A stretch of DNA of 64,000 nucleotides from Phoronis australis (Eukaryota > Animalia > Phoronida), in NCBI GenBank assembly GCA_002633005.1, contig NMRA01000033.1:808233-872232 (forward strand), written 5' to 3'. The notes under the pieces were generated by a model, which made no database searches, was not told the DNA's origin, and saw only the letters and a program-made list of their open reading frames with translations. Position numbers and translations under genes: made by a program. The stretch's first letter is position 1; every line of letters begins with the position of its first letter. This document shows, piece by piece, positions 15,101 to 30,100 of the stretch.

Positions 15101-18100
15101 ATCATTAGCCACTGGAGGAATGAAATGCTCAAATCCTCACACAAATAATGAGATCTCATTACAGACAGAAAAGGCAAAGACTGGCATTGAACAATTAATT
15201 ATGTCACAGTTAATACCTATTAATGACATTATTTGCAATGTCACTAATACTTAATGTTTTGACAGTAAGCAGTTATTGTCCAAGATAACAAGAAAGAAGA
15301 GCCAGTACATACAGTGCAGCAACCAAAACCAAAACATAACACGAGACAAGTCAATAAATTAGACCTCTTTAGTTGCTGGCCCTCTGGGTGCCTCAAGTAA
15401 TCGTTTCAGCAAGATGTTCTCAGTTCCCTTGGCCTTGGACAAATCTTCCTGACCATCAGCGACATTCCCTTTGGATGACTCATCAGAGGTCGATGATGTG
15501 GGGATGGCCACATTGCGACTACTGCTCAGCATGTCACGAATTTCCGAGCCTGCCATGGCTGCCGTACGACACATTGAGTCGATGTCGTGATGGTCGACAT
15601 CGGACTCCTTAGGCTTCGAGCCACAGTCACCTACAGTTGACTTGTCGCCAGAGGGATCAGCTCCATCTGGGAGAAAAGTTAACAGTTTAAAGTATTACGA
15701 GAAAATAAGTCACTTAATTTATGCAGCGCCATGTTTTTGAGTCAACTCTGTAGAAACAAAAAACACTTTAATCTAGAATGCCGATTCTGATGAAAAATCA
15801 GACTTAGGATATCTAACGCTGCAGTGACATCTCCAATTCAAAAGGATTTGATATTAACATTGCAAACTATGGAAAGAGGCGAATAGTACATTTAAGGCTG
15901 CACTATGCCCTGTTTATTAGGCTAAAAAGCAAAAATTAAATAGGGCTTTTTATTCTCATATAACCAGTCCCGTAATATTCTTTTCCACGATAAAATTCTA
16001 TTTCCGTTACCAACTCAAGTCACAGATTATGTGGACATGCACCATTCTCTAATTCACAATTGTAGGGTTGGTCAACACTAATGGGGTCTAAAGCCTTTTC
16101 TCTAGACACTGATGGTTTCAGTGTTGTTGTTGGCAATAGAAATAAAACCCTAAGGAATGAGACCAAAAATGGGGCAGGAGTAAAAGGCCTAATTCGATTT
16201 TTGTTTTTAGCCAGCTTAACAGGGTTAAAGGCGTCTAAACAAAACTGCATACTAGGATAACATTTCTTCATAGCAAACATTATGAAGCTCATGAAACATT
16301 CAAGATTGCAAGGAGCCTAAGTTTTAAGAAACGAGCAATATAACATTGCAGTCAACAGCCCTTAACAAAAGCGGCAGCAACATTGAAGTCATCTGAGGCA
16401 CGCATGGCAGAAAAGATGAGAGAACTCACCTTTCGCGTCACTTGCCGCTGTGGTCTCTTTCTTGTCCTCCTGCCCAGTATCAGGAGTGGGCTCTCCCGGT
16501 CGTGACGGCATGTTGGTGGATCCGGCCAGGTAGTAGCTAGGCGTACTGATAGGCCGCGGAGCAGGATACAGCTGGCCGCACGTGACGGGCGTGCCCGAAC
16601 TCATATGCATCATGGTGCCTGGGGCCGGCAGCTTGGGGCCTTTACCTACAATGACCAACACATGTAAACACCTTAGTCGCTGGTATCAAGTGGTCAAACA
16701 ACCCCATACATGATTGTGACGTGTGACAAGTCAACAGGATAAAAGAACAACACAGTTGGCTTATATAGTCTACAAGATGTATTACGTGACTCAGTGAAAC
16801 ATAACCTGCGTAAAATTAACTCAGAAAACTCATTTCAGTACATATCATCATACACTGACCACTGACCAAGTCATATGTTGACCAACATATTAGACTGACA
16901 TTGATTTAAAGTCTTCCTATTTAACCTTGTTTTACTTACTGAACTATGAGCCAGTAGCATACAGAATAACAAGATACGATAAAAAAGAAAAACTTTGAGA
17001 TTTCAATAATTGAGAAATAAAAAAATGAGGCCTTGTGCAAAACCGTTTCAATTTTGTTTTTAAGTGAGATGTAACATCAAAGTTAACAACATTGTCTCAA
17101 GTTGACAACACCATATAACAAAGCAGTATTGCCTCCACCTAAGAGTTAATAAAGAAGTACAGTACAGTACAAGCCAAAAGTATTCAGACAAAATGACCCG
17201 GAATTCCCCCATCATAACGGCTGTGAGAAAGCCAAATTTGTCGTCAGAGTAGTCTTCCCTCATGACAAAGAATGATGGAAAATCAACAGGAAAGATTAAT
17301 AGCAAGGTGGACAAGCCATTACGTAATTAGAATTTTGCCACCATAATCATTATTAACGATAAGTTTTGCTGTTTTGCAGATCATGCTGTCATGGAATTTT
17401 GTCCAATTACTTTTGTTTTGTATTGTATAAGACCACATGCATGTCAACACAGAACATAGAAGTCTTAATGTCTATAAATGACAAGTTGTACAATCGTAAT
17501 GAGGTTAAGAAAATAAATGACATGGGCTGAATACACAGAGCCTTTTTGATGAGTATCTACAACTACAAGGAAATGTTAAAAAACATCAATACTACTGAAA
17601 TATTAGTTCCAACAGAAAAAGGAAATTCCTAAGATCAATTTGCCATGCTTTGTTAATTTAAGAACATCCAGTCACCTCACAACAAAGTTTGGGAGATATT
17701 TTTTAGTTTGACCACAATAGAAAATACGGTATAAGGAACACACAATTCACACGATTCATTTATGCCTTAAAAGTTATCATTGACAATCTAGAGACTAACA
17801 TTAAATCTACACAATACGCGAAGCCAAAATAAGGATACCAACACCATTTTGGTGGGAATCAAGGCCAGAGAGGAATGTTCAATGATTTTGGTATTTGTAA
17901 ATAATCATATATAATACGGAAAGATAAGAGATACTTTTCCTTCAGTATAAGAGCTGAAATTGAATGACAGTGTTTGACCGTTTCATGAAGCATTCATGTA
18001 ACAAAGCAACTTCTATTAAAAATCCGGTAAGACCGTTACACCATTACAATATTCAACTACGGCTCTTTTGTGGCCCAATACAGACGTGTGAGTGTAGTAC

Positions 18101-21100
18101 AGTTCAAGAATACTTCAAATGGGTAGCACTAGATGGCGCTCAGACATCTGGAGCAAGCCAAGAGGCGGCCAACCACCAACCAAAGCACACTGCACATCAG
18201 ATATCAGGAGCTGTCACCAGCCCACCTCCAGACATCTGGGCCATCAGGAGCCATCACCAGCCCACCTCCAGACATCAGGGCCTTGCTCGCTTCACAAAAT
18301 ATCATTTTGTATACTAGTAGTAACTCAGACTCTATCACGATTGTAAATATTAAACTTTAGGATGATCATAAAATACAACAGAACCAGTGACCATCAAACT
18401 TTGAGATTGGATTAAAAACAGGCCAGTCAAAGCAAGATGAAATCAGAAACTTTACTCAAACCATGCCACTAGACTACTCAATCTTCCAGTCAGATCTTAA
18501 GTAAAATTTCTTTGTCTGGGAAGGGGGGAGAGGTAAAAATACCAACTAACTAATAAATATAAAAAAGAAATGACATAAGACACGATTGTTGAAGGTTGAG
18601 TAGGACCTTATCAAACTGTCTGTGTATTTAGAATCCTACTGAGAGAAAGCATACACTTTCTGAAAGTAGAAAGCCTGAACAATTAGATTTTTGACTTTAT
18701 ACTGTACCAATCTGCCATTAACCGAGTCACATGACCATGTCTTTACATTAAATTTTAACAAAAAAGAAAAGTACATCGATTTCATAGCAAAAAACGGTAC
18801 GAATAACCTGATCAAATTTTGTTAAGATATAAATATTCAAAATGAAATCTTCAAAATGCAGTTTCAGTTTTCCAATCGATCATTTTGTTTGTTCATAAAA
18901 TTTTATATTTTTTCACAAAAATCCTCGAGGTCCTATTTTTTGATAACCTCCTCATGCAAATGATGAACGCTATGAAAACAATTCCTAACAGAATTTTGGA
19001 AACTGAAAATTTGACATGGATACAAAACATGTCATTTTGTGAGATATGAAGTTCGGTCCAAAGCTAACCAATTTTGGACACTTTTCAAGTGTCCTACATA
19101 AGCTTCAAGTCCTATTACGCAGACCACGCCACTGAAATCAATCAATACGAATGCATGAATAACAGAACACCTACCAAAGAGTACAGTTTTAGCAAAATTG
19201 ATCAATAAGAAAATTTAAGGCCTGAATGAACCGAGTTAATTGGTAATTTAAATTAGACTTTTCTGGAGCTTTGTGCATTTTTACACATTACAAGAATGAT
19301 TAATGTGCTTTTCAGACAAACGGAAACTAACTGTCAACTTGAAGGTCCAAGATCACATTTTATGAAAGACTAGAAAGTTTTAAACTCAAGACTCAAGCAG
19401 GAAGATAGTAAGACTTCTGTTACAAGGGAACACACTTCTGGAGCATGCTTCATGAAAGGCTAAAACCTGAAATTATGTCTTATGCTCCCAAAATCATATT
19501 GAAATTATTAAAATATTCAACTGAATACTACAAAGTCTCAGACAATATCCCTATAATTTTCCGGTAATTGTTAAGCTGCGACGCGACAACAACTTACAGA
19601 GCATCAGACAAAATGTGTGTCACAAGGTTTAAGAAGCTTTTCAAGAAACAACCCCTGGTTATAAAACCTCATTGTCAATGACAGGCTGATGTCAAACACT
19701 TCATGAAACAGCACCAAAATTAAGCCAGTCTGCGTCTAAGCAAGGCCACCAAGCTGACCAATCGCTTAGCTTGAAATTAAAAAGGTGACTATAAACATAA
19801 TCGAGTGATTGGTCAGATTTCAAGCTATCTCTGTCAGAGTTTGGTAGCCCCTAGCCCAGGTCAAGGTAGCCAGAGTACATAAAAGGCCAACTAACGTCGC
19901 TACACAGGTCCCTACAGGCACCTTGAAACAAAGACAGTAGTATGTTAGTCAAGCGCACATAGCCACTACACTGTAACAACATCCAGCACACACCTATAAG
20001 TTCATTGAGACCCAGGTTAGTCAAGGCAGACTTGGCCTCACGCTCAGCCTCGATTTCCTTTTTGGTGCGGCGCTTGCGCTTCTTCTTGGACTTGTTGTCG
20101 CCTGCCTGGTCGTCAGTGCCACCTGGGAACCACCAACTGATGGTTTATAGATGCTCAACTTGCGGCCAATGGCTGGCCGCCAACTGGGTGAGGTTACGCA
20201 ATAATGTTTTCAAAGAATTTATAATAAAATGTTTGTTGTAGCCCATCCTACACTGCAATTATTTGTTGAACACAGCAGAGCAATGATCAGTGCTAACTAT
20301 TGCATCTTTTTGAATTCAGCATAGATTTGATTCAGCACAAATAATTCACAAACATAAAACAAAACAGATGTCTGCAAAATATATATAACTGCACAGTAAG
20401 ACATTAAAGGAAACAAAAACAAAACAAATGTGATAACTCTGTTCTGATAATAATTACATGAAACTGTTGGAGGTTGTTTTTTGACAGCAATCAACTCCAA
20501 AGTCTATAATAAATGAACTTAGTTAAGGAGAGGCATACCAGTTAACCAAGACATGCCTTGTTTGCAAGTCATACCTGGTTGTGGTGGAGGTGCTGCCCCC
20601 TGTTGTTGAGGTAGGCCAGGAACACCGATGGGCCCGTGACCTGAAAATGGATAACTTAACATTGAAGAAAAAAATAATGCATATATGTAAGACATGACTT
20701 AGTAAGTCAGCACTGCAGCTGAGTAGCCAAGCATTCTATACATAAAAGCTCTCAATCTTAACTATAAACATTATTCCTATAGTCAAGTCACACAGACTCA
20801 GAAAGCCTACATGAGAATAATGTATCAGTAAACGATAGTGAACACATGAGCAAGAGTGTTTCCAATTGAAACCTGTTTTGCATAATTCTAGGACTGGCCA
20901 AATCCTTTGACAGAATGATGTTAATCTATTCCTGGTTTACCTCGTGAGCTCAATTTGTCAACTTGTGGGTAGAATGAACTGCTGAAGATGCGGCATGATA
21001 TTCTTAAAACAACATCAAGTTTGCATTTCTACTCCATGATATAGCCTTACCTTGTCCTTGCATGGCCATAGGTCTGTCTGGGAAAGGGGCCCCAGGGAAC

Positions 21101-24100
21101 TGTTGGGCTGGACTCATTGGAGAGCCTGTTGGGAAGTCAACAGGACAGACTGTGATGACAACAGAACAACTCATGAATTATATACACAATGTTTTTGCTT
21201 GGAAATGTTTCAACTCTTTCTCCAAGATATAATGAATTGAGAATAATTTTGACACAAAGCAAAGCTAGCAGCAGCGCCACCGGTCATGCCCTCTCGAAAT
21301 TTGGAATAATTATGTTTTTGTGGGGATGTATAAGCTACCTACACTCCTTCCACTGACCCAGGTCCCATTTAATTTACACCGTCACTCTCAAAATTACCCA
21401 AACTTTAATGACATAGTTGCATCTCCAACCGTACCTTCCCCTGTGGTAGCCTGCATCTGCAGCGCCCTCTGGTGGTCCACCTGCTGCTGCATCTGTAGCC
21501 TCAGTCGTTCCTGCTGTTCTCGCTGCTCGCGGACCTTCTCCAACTTCTCGCGCTCTTGATAGGACTCACTGAACGGGTTGTTCTCATCCTACGACGAATT
21601 CACCGTCACCGTACATTAACATGGTCGTAAAATCTATTATACACCAACCTCTACCTTATTGGCATTGGCAAGACGTTTCAGTCAGACACTTCTATGCCAT
21701 CTTCAGGTGTCACAGTGCTCTTAGGAGAGCAATAGATAGCAATAGGAGACAATAACAGGGTTTTGTAAACTTTTTTTGAAAATGAACACAAGCACCCATG
21801 GTATGGTTGTGATAAAAGAAAGTGTACACCCAGTCTATCTCATCTAAAGACTCATAAAGTAAAACCATGGTTAGGTCAACACATTAGCAGGTCAGCCTCG
21901 CAATAGTAGTGGTTTATACATATTAGTTGGTCTGAAGTAGTAAATGTTTACAGAGTCTAGTGACTGGATTTAGAGGTCCAACTTGAGTACAATAAAGTTT
22001 CCTTAAATTCGAACAAAAAGAATGACCAAAATTGTGATTTTTACCACTTTTCAAATGCGCAGTGTATAGCCAAAGATGTTAAAAATTTCATCGCGTGTTT
22101 GTTGATGACAGCAGAACTAAGTTTTCAACGAACGAAGTTGATGTTTACTCATATAAAATTTCATTGTTCCACAATATAGCGTTCTCATTTGAAGAAACTT
22201 AACTATATTTACAAGTTGGTATAGTAAACTATATCCCTGCACTCTATTCCACTGAGCCTAGCCTTACTCACCGTGTGTACAACAGGTGTCCTCGGTCCCT
22301 CGCCCACACCGATCATACGCAGTCTGTTCTGCATGTATTGTTCATACTCCTGCCTGGCACTGGCAGGCATTCGGGCAGTGTTGGGGGCTCCAGGCATGCG
22401 GGGCACCGGAGGGGAGATCATAGGAGACTGAGGGGGGCCGGGCTTCAGGGGGGCCGGCGCAGGCCAGTTACTTCCGTACTTCTCCTAGAATGCATTAACC
22501 AATGTGACAGCATCACTTCAATACTGCGTAAGTGCCTCCCATACTACGTGGTATGTGACTGTGCAATCCAAGAACAATATAATGCAAAACACACAAATTA
22601 TTATATTTTACTATAAACATTATATAAAACTCATTTCTTGAGTAGTCTCCAAAATCTTATGAATGGGAAATTTTTAAGGCAATAACTTGTAACAACTTAT
22701 GTCATATCTTGTAAACAGTTTCTGAATTATTGAATAAACATCATGTATGAGCATGATAGCAAACTGACAGCAAACTGGGAAATGAGGACATAACCACGTG
22801 CAAACTCTTTTGTGCAGTCCATGGTAAGTTCCTCAACTCAGACAGGCAAAAGCACGATTGCAATAAATTAAGGGCGATTACACGATATTTGTCCGCTCCA
22901 TTACGCACTACAACAGTCCACAATTCCCAAAATGTAAACTCGGCCAAAACGGGAAATTTATGGTATTTTTCAGCATATCACCAGATGCTCAAAAATACAG
23001 TGAAGCCAACTATAAGATGCAACTAACTGCCATGTACCAGCATTAATATTTAGTGGTAATGGAGTGGACAGAGTGGAACCATCTACGAAAGAAACCCCGT
23101 TTTTGGCTCACAGAGCAAGAAAATGGGTCAAGCTCTGTGCTCTCACTACCCTTAAAGAGGTCTATGTCAGATGTAGGCATTACGAACCTAACTTATAAGG
23201 ACAATAAACCCGAGCCTTTTCAAAAGCCAACTTCTGATTCAGGCCACTTTTAACCAATAAAATCCATCCCATACTCTTCCTTACTCAGAATGGACAAATT
23301 TTCTGGTCTTGAGAAGAGCTGACAGTTCAGTATTGCTGCAATTAATGTCTAACCTGCTGTTTAGTTCTGTACTCTTGGAACAACTGCTGATGTTGCTTCT
23401 GCTGCTTGCGAATCAGCTCCAGTTGTTTCTGTACAGCACTCTGCTCCTGACTGGCTCTCTCTAGTTCCATTAACTCCTGTTGGGACAACTCTTGGTTCTG
23501 TTTGCGCAGCTGCATTAAACAAGACACGTCACAGACACAGTCCACCATATTACAAGTACTCAGTCATTGTGACAGAACATTACGGGTCAATTTGTCGCAT
23601 TATATTCCTTGCACAGAACAACCACTGCTGCATTCTTGGAGGAATCAAGTTTTTACAATGCTATAATCTGATGGTCAGTAATCATTAATCAACTTGGGGA
23701 AAATAATTGCTAAAATTGGCACACTTGACAGAACTACTGCACTGATGCAAATGTTCCAAATTTTACTAAAAACTTCATCTTGGTATTTTCAACTTGCCTT
23801 TAGGCAAGATCACAAAAGCAGAGACTCAGAACTTCAGTCATGCGCTCAAGATCTCTAACACAAATTCAACAGGCGTATCTGGCATTATTCTACCTGCTTC
23901 TGTCTGCCATTCAACACCTTCTTTGTTTTCTTGTGCTGCGCCAGCTGTTTCTCAATGCTACGTATCTGCATAGACAGCATGTTGGCATGCTGCATCAGCC
24001 ATTCTTCGTACTTCATCTGCTGTTGTCGTTCAGCATCAGTCAGGCCATCTGCAACAACACCAACCATAATCACGGTAATCATCGACACTATTATTGTGAT

Positions 24101-27100
24101 TCTCTTCATCACCATCACTATTGTGAACCCAGGGCTTTCCACAAACTTCAGACTCAAAACTGTACAGGTTACTGATTCACATAAATGTCTGCAGGTGGTG
24201 TGTGCAACAGAGGAAATATTGTTCAACAACAATAACAGGACTTAATAATTACATAATGAACAATAACTTGCAGTGCTTTATTGCCTACAAAATGCATGTT
24301 TGTGCACAATAAGGCTGGGCAGCATACAACAATAATTACTACCTTCAAACTAGAACTAATCAAGTTTTGTTGGCACTGAATCTAGCTGCAGTTGGAATAG
24401 GTGAACTCCACTCGGTCCACACCATAATTGTGTGAAACAAATTGTGATAACTTCAGGTATATAAAAGCTCAAAACCGAATTCCAAATGGAGCAGCATGTG
24501 TTTTAATTCTCACCGTGAGCACTGCTGGGAGGTGTTGGTATGAATGGTGGCTGTCCCAGTGGTGACCGTAGTCCTGGACTGTGGGGTGGGGGTACATGGG
24601 GACTGAGAGGTCCGGTGAACGGGGGCTGACCAGGGTGCCTGCCTGGATAAGGTGGGGGAAAGCCGTGTGGTGACATCTGTTCTCTCGGAGGAAAGTGATG
24701 ACGTGGCCACCCTTCATGGCCTGGCATTCTGCAATGGCAAAAGTAAGAGTTGAGATCAATTAAATCTGCTTCTACATAAGAAACCAGTACATTTACCACT
24801 GAGGCATACAGCAATGTATTTGTTGTCTTGACTAATTTTCACATTTTAGTAAGTCACAAGAGACCCACATTTTTAGAACCTCTTTTTCCACTCAATAGAG
24901 GGCATCAAACTGGCACTCAAATTGGTGGTGTAACCTTTGTTTTAGTTTTATGAAAAATAAATACTATGGACTAGTATTAAAATGTCTTATTCATGATGTA
25001 CCAACCACTCAAGTGTCTCCTTTACTTTGATGGCATGAAGTTTAAAGTGAGCTCAATTACCAGAGACTACAAATTATTCTCTCAATTTAGCCACTATTTA
25101 ATTCTTCTCAGATGCTGAAGTCAAAGCCAAATTGGCTCTTTAGTGCTTTTGACTTTCTTGGTCACTTATTGTTTTGAACTTCATCAAGAATTTTTGTAAG
25201 GTTGTTTTTTTCCTCTCACAAAACATGCAATTATTCTTTGTAATAATGAACTATATCATATGAATTGCGAATCAGTGCCACCTGAGGACATTCGCGGCCA
25301 TCTTCATGCGAGACTGGCATGACACACATTTGGTCATGTAGAAGACTGTAACAAATCTTCTGTGGATGTCATTGATTTTACTTCAAAGTTAGCAAAAAAT
25401 TGTGAAACATAATGTGCATAAACATGTAGACAATGTACTGAGCTGAACACAGGCTGGAGAGAAATCATCTCAACTTGCCAAATTGAAAGGTCTTACGTGG
25501 ATTTTGATAGCCACTAAACCTTCGTGTTACAAATGAAAAACTTTCCAGCAGTCTTATCAAAGCAAACACAATAAATGAACAGACGTGAGTCCCCTTTGGA
25601 TCAGACTGACGCAAAACTTACTGTGTACAATAAGTTTGCTGTTCAGCCAGCAATTCACATCACCTGACAAACATACGAGAAATTTTAACGATTTGAATTG
25701 TGTGATTGTTAAAGCTGTCATCTCCTTCACATGCCTGTTTGTTCTTTGAAAGCAATGGATGTCACCACAACCTCATTCTTTATCTAAATTGAAACTTGTA
25801 TAGTTCGGTAGTATTCCTTCGTTTACACAAACTTCGTTAAAGACACGACTAGACTTCTGCACACCAGAAGAAAGGAGACTGTTCCGAAATTACGAACGTA
25901 CCAGTATCAAGCTCGCCATCAAAAAGTCTAGTCGTGTCTTTAATGAAGTTTGTGTAAATTGAAATTTGAGAATGTCAGCAATTTCTCTGATTGCGGCAGC
26001 AAAAACTAATCTGCCCTGACACGCAACTGAACTGAGCCTGGTCTGAAACGATAACAAACTGCCAGATGCATTCTTAGCAAACCAAAAAATCATTTCTAAT
26101 TCAAGTCAGACACAAAATTAGCCAAGATCGATTTTATGACGGATGGTAAGTCGCCAACATCTAAATTTGCTTATTTTATAGAAGGTGCACCATTAATACA
26201 CATCTTCCCAACAAAATGGCAGCTACAACAGCTGAGAAGACAGCCTACCTGGGCCTGGGTGGGCGGGCATCTTCCTTTCTCATTATGACCTGTTGATGGG
26301 CCTGCCTTTGTTGCTCTATCTTCTCCTGGTACAATGACAACGTTGGGATACAACAAATTAAACACGAATGCAGACAGAAACAAAAGTGACATAGACAAAA
26401 ACTACTGACTAAAAATGAATGTTGGCAAAAACAAAAAAGTACCAAAAATGAACACTATAAAACTCAGTGCACTGGACATATGACACCACCTGTTTACTGA
26501 TTGTATTGGAAGTCCAAGTTGACATAGTTGTTTTCACAAAACTAAGACTTGTCAGCACATCTAATTTCAGTCCTTAAAATGTTTAATACTTATATTTTTT
26601 ACACAAATGGTAATGTCCAAGTTGAGGATCTCTCAACATTATCGAAAGATCAAAATCACAACAAATGCTTCTCAAAATGCACAGGTGAGCATGACAACAG
26701 CTTACCTGCTCCAATAAGTCTTGTATCAATAGGGGCTGTTCACTTAGTAACATGCCGTTACCCTTCTGTGGACCAGGTGATGGTTGACCACTGGGTATCA
26801 TGGCAGGACGCGGGTGATCGCCTGCCTGCCATGGTGACAGAGGTCCACGTGGTGTCATGCTCCTCGGGGGCATCATAGGATGGCGGAGACCCTCAGGGCC
26901 TGTAGGGCCGATCGGCCTGGAGTACACGGGACGGTGTGCAGCTCCTCGGGGACCTGCCATCAATGCATCATTCGCACCATGAGGACTTGGCCCAGTGGGT
27001 ACAGGGGATTGGGCCGGCATGGGGTGTGGTCCTGGCATAGGACCACCCATCATCCTGAGAGGGGGTGCATGTGGAGGTCGACCCAAGATGTGTGGTGGCC

Positions 27101-30100
27101 CGGGCATTCTCTGCGCCATACTGAATGGAACATTAGCCATACTGTATGGTGGTCTTACCATTGCCATACTGTGTGGGGGTCCTTCCATGGTGAACGGTGG
27201 TCCAGCCCTGCTGTGAGGAGGTCCAGCAATCGAGTGAGGTGGTCCAGGCATACTGTGAGGGGGTCCAGGCATACTGTGAGGGGGTCCAGGCATACTGTGA
27301 GGTGGTCCAGGCATACTGTGAGGTGGTCCAGCTATACTATGAGGTGGTCCAGCCATAGCATGAGGTGGCATGGTTCGTGGAGGACCAACCAGATGAGTGG
27401 CTCCAGCCATACTGAGTTGTGGGCCGGGGAATCTGTGAAGAGCACCAGCCATGCTGTGTGGTACTCCAGGCATACTATGTGGTGGTGCGGCCATGGGACC
27501 AGCCATGCTGTGAGGGGGAGCCACCAGTCTAACTGGATTCATGCCAGGAGACGGCGACTGTACAGGTGGTGTTCTAGCCAGTGGACTTTGTGGCGGGTGG
27601 CCAGAATAGTGCACGCTGGTCTGCGGTGAGCCCATCATTGGCTGAGAGCCGGGCCTGTCTGGGAGTGAGCTGGCAGAGGGACGACCCATCTGAGGAGAGC
27701 TGCGTGGGATGGCACTGGTGCCAGTGCTGGCTGTGGTCGTGGTAGTGGGCGATTGACTGGATGAGTGCGGACTGGACACTTTAGAGAAGGGCGACTGGAC
27801 AGAGGCAACTCTGGGTGAGCCTTGTGGTGTGACATGAGGTGATGTGACCCCGGTAACACGTGGCGAAGCGACTGGGCTCACCTGATGTGACCCAGGCTGT
27901 GACAAACGTGGTGACTGTGTGGAAGGTCTTGAGATGGTGGCCTGCGGAACATTCACACTATCTGAAGACACTGTTGTTGTCATCACAGGTGATGAGGCAA
28001 CCTCTAACTGCCTATGACTTTGACCACCGATGAGCCCAGTGGTGGGGTCAACAAGCATCTCTTCGTCATTCTCTTCGGGCTTCTTCTGACACACATCTTG
28101 ATCGCCGGCAGTATTACCATCACCACCTCTCTCTTCTCCAGCCGATTCAGTCGTTGGGGCATCGCTGGCCTTCTCCTCACTGCTCTGAGTCCCTACTGCT
28201 GCCTTCTCGCCCCCCTTCTCTGTCCCTGTGTCCCCGCTCTGGTCCTCATCTTTTATACCCAAGTGCTCATCAAACATACTCTTGTCATGAGCTTCGGCCA
28301 ACGTCTTATCCAACTCTGGGTCAGCAAACTCCTCCAGAAGGTTGAATGTGCCATCAGCCCCCAACAGGTCATCCAAGGACTCCTCAATCTTCTCTTGTTT
28401 CTCTCCTTTCACTCCTTCAGCTGACTGTACAGCAGCGCCCTCTTCAGCGCCTGGTAGACCTACACAGACACGACACACAACATATTAACTCAATCTTCAG
28501 AGCAGATACGTTTAGGTGAGAAAGCATGGCAAAGAAAACATTCAATGAATCTCCGCTTACTACCTTGCTAAATCATATTCATCGTTGGGGTCAGCTGCAT
28601 ATCTTAGAAAGTTAATAAAATGGCTAGAACTTAAGAATTAAACTTAATCGAGCATGGCCATCATTATAGTTGGTCTGGATACAAAACAGGGCATATCCAA
28701 GCTGGCTTATTCACTAAAGACACTAGATTCTATACCTAAGTATGGGGTTGATTTAGTATTAGGTGGAGATACAGCAACAGCTTATGTATTTATTCTATAC
28801 CTAAGTTTGGAGTAGATTTAGTGTTTGGTTGAGATACAGCAACATAGGTAGGCAACATGGGACGTGGGTCTCTCAAACGATCTCGGAACATCTGAAGATA
28901 CGGTGATCTCTGGCGTTCAGCAGGCGTCATCTAAACACAGAACCAAAATTCTATTAATTAAGCAACCAACTTTCAAAGTTAATCATGAGAGTCCCTTCCC
29001 AATCAAATTCCACCCAATTTCCTAATCATCTCTACTTAGTACACCCAATGATTTCATGCCAAATATTCGTATATTAACCCAATGAACGATTTTGATTAAA
29101 GTTCTTTATATTGTGTCACAAAATACCAAATAAAACTAAACGACAGCAATTTCTAACAGTTAAGGATGACAAATGAAAACACTAAGTCTCTATCACAACA
29201 AAACTCTCAGAATGTCTGAAGCCATCTTAACATTTGATGAAACCACAGTGACTATGGGTGGATGAAAACAGGCAACTTTGGTCAAAACATGTCTCAAATA
29301 TGATGCAGTCTACAGGTTTGTTCTTAGACTAATGATTGTACAATGCTTAGTTGGTTCCCACTTGGTTTTGGTCCACCATTCAGCATCATGCCAAGAACTA
29401 ACTTGGTGCAGCAAGACCCTTAGCAAACATTTATTCAACAATGGGGTCTGTAATTTCACCTATGCACAATACATTTACGAGCCCCAAACTGTGGATACCT
29501 TTACTAAACCAAGGTTTGAAGTGCACACTAATAGACACCATCACAGTGCCCACTTACCTGATTCAGCCCCACAGTGTCCCCAGGTATCCGAGGCATCAGG
29601 GCCCCATGTCCACCAGGCATTCTAGGGCCAAGTGGGCGCAGAGGTGGACCCATGGCCATCCTGGCACCAGGCCAGCCTTCAACAGGCACTGAGCCATCAC
29701 CTGCAATGCAACAATTAATACCTGTCATCTCAAATTGACAAACTCAGAATATATTAAAAACAAGTTATATCCAATCGACATTACAGTCACAAAACATAAA
29801 TCAATAGGAAAGTTTGCAGAATATTTACTCAGGAATTAAAGTAAAGGCATCGGCATTAACCATTAATTAATTCAAACAAGAGCTAACAAGAAAACAAGAC
29901 TCTACTGTGGGAAAAGTCAAATGTGCACGTGTCTAGCTGGCGGAGTTGATTCTGCATGAGCAAGAGTAGTGACAAGTGGAAGAAACAGACTAGAACAGTG
30001 TATGGGTCACAAATAGTATAACACGCGTAATGACTCAACTTCTACGGTGAGGCGAGCAGCGTTGTCACAGTATTGGTGTGGCAAACGTGTCCAATTTTAA

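Noticed and set aside
19850-19921. Acceptor tttgtttcaag followed by a short frame ending in TAG
   Set aside because: No phase-compatible strong donor and no other support.
26880-28424. Long plus-strand ORFs (249, 136 aa)
   Set aside because: Antisense shadows of the large Pro-rich KMT2C exon.
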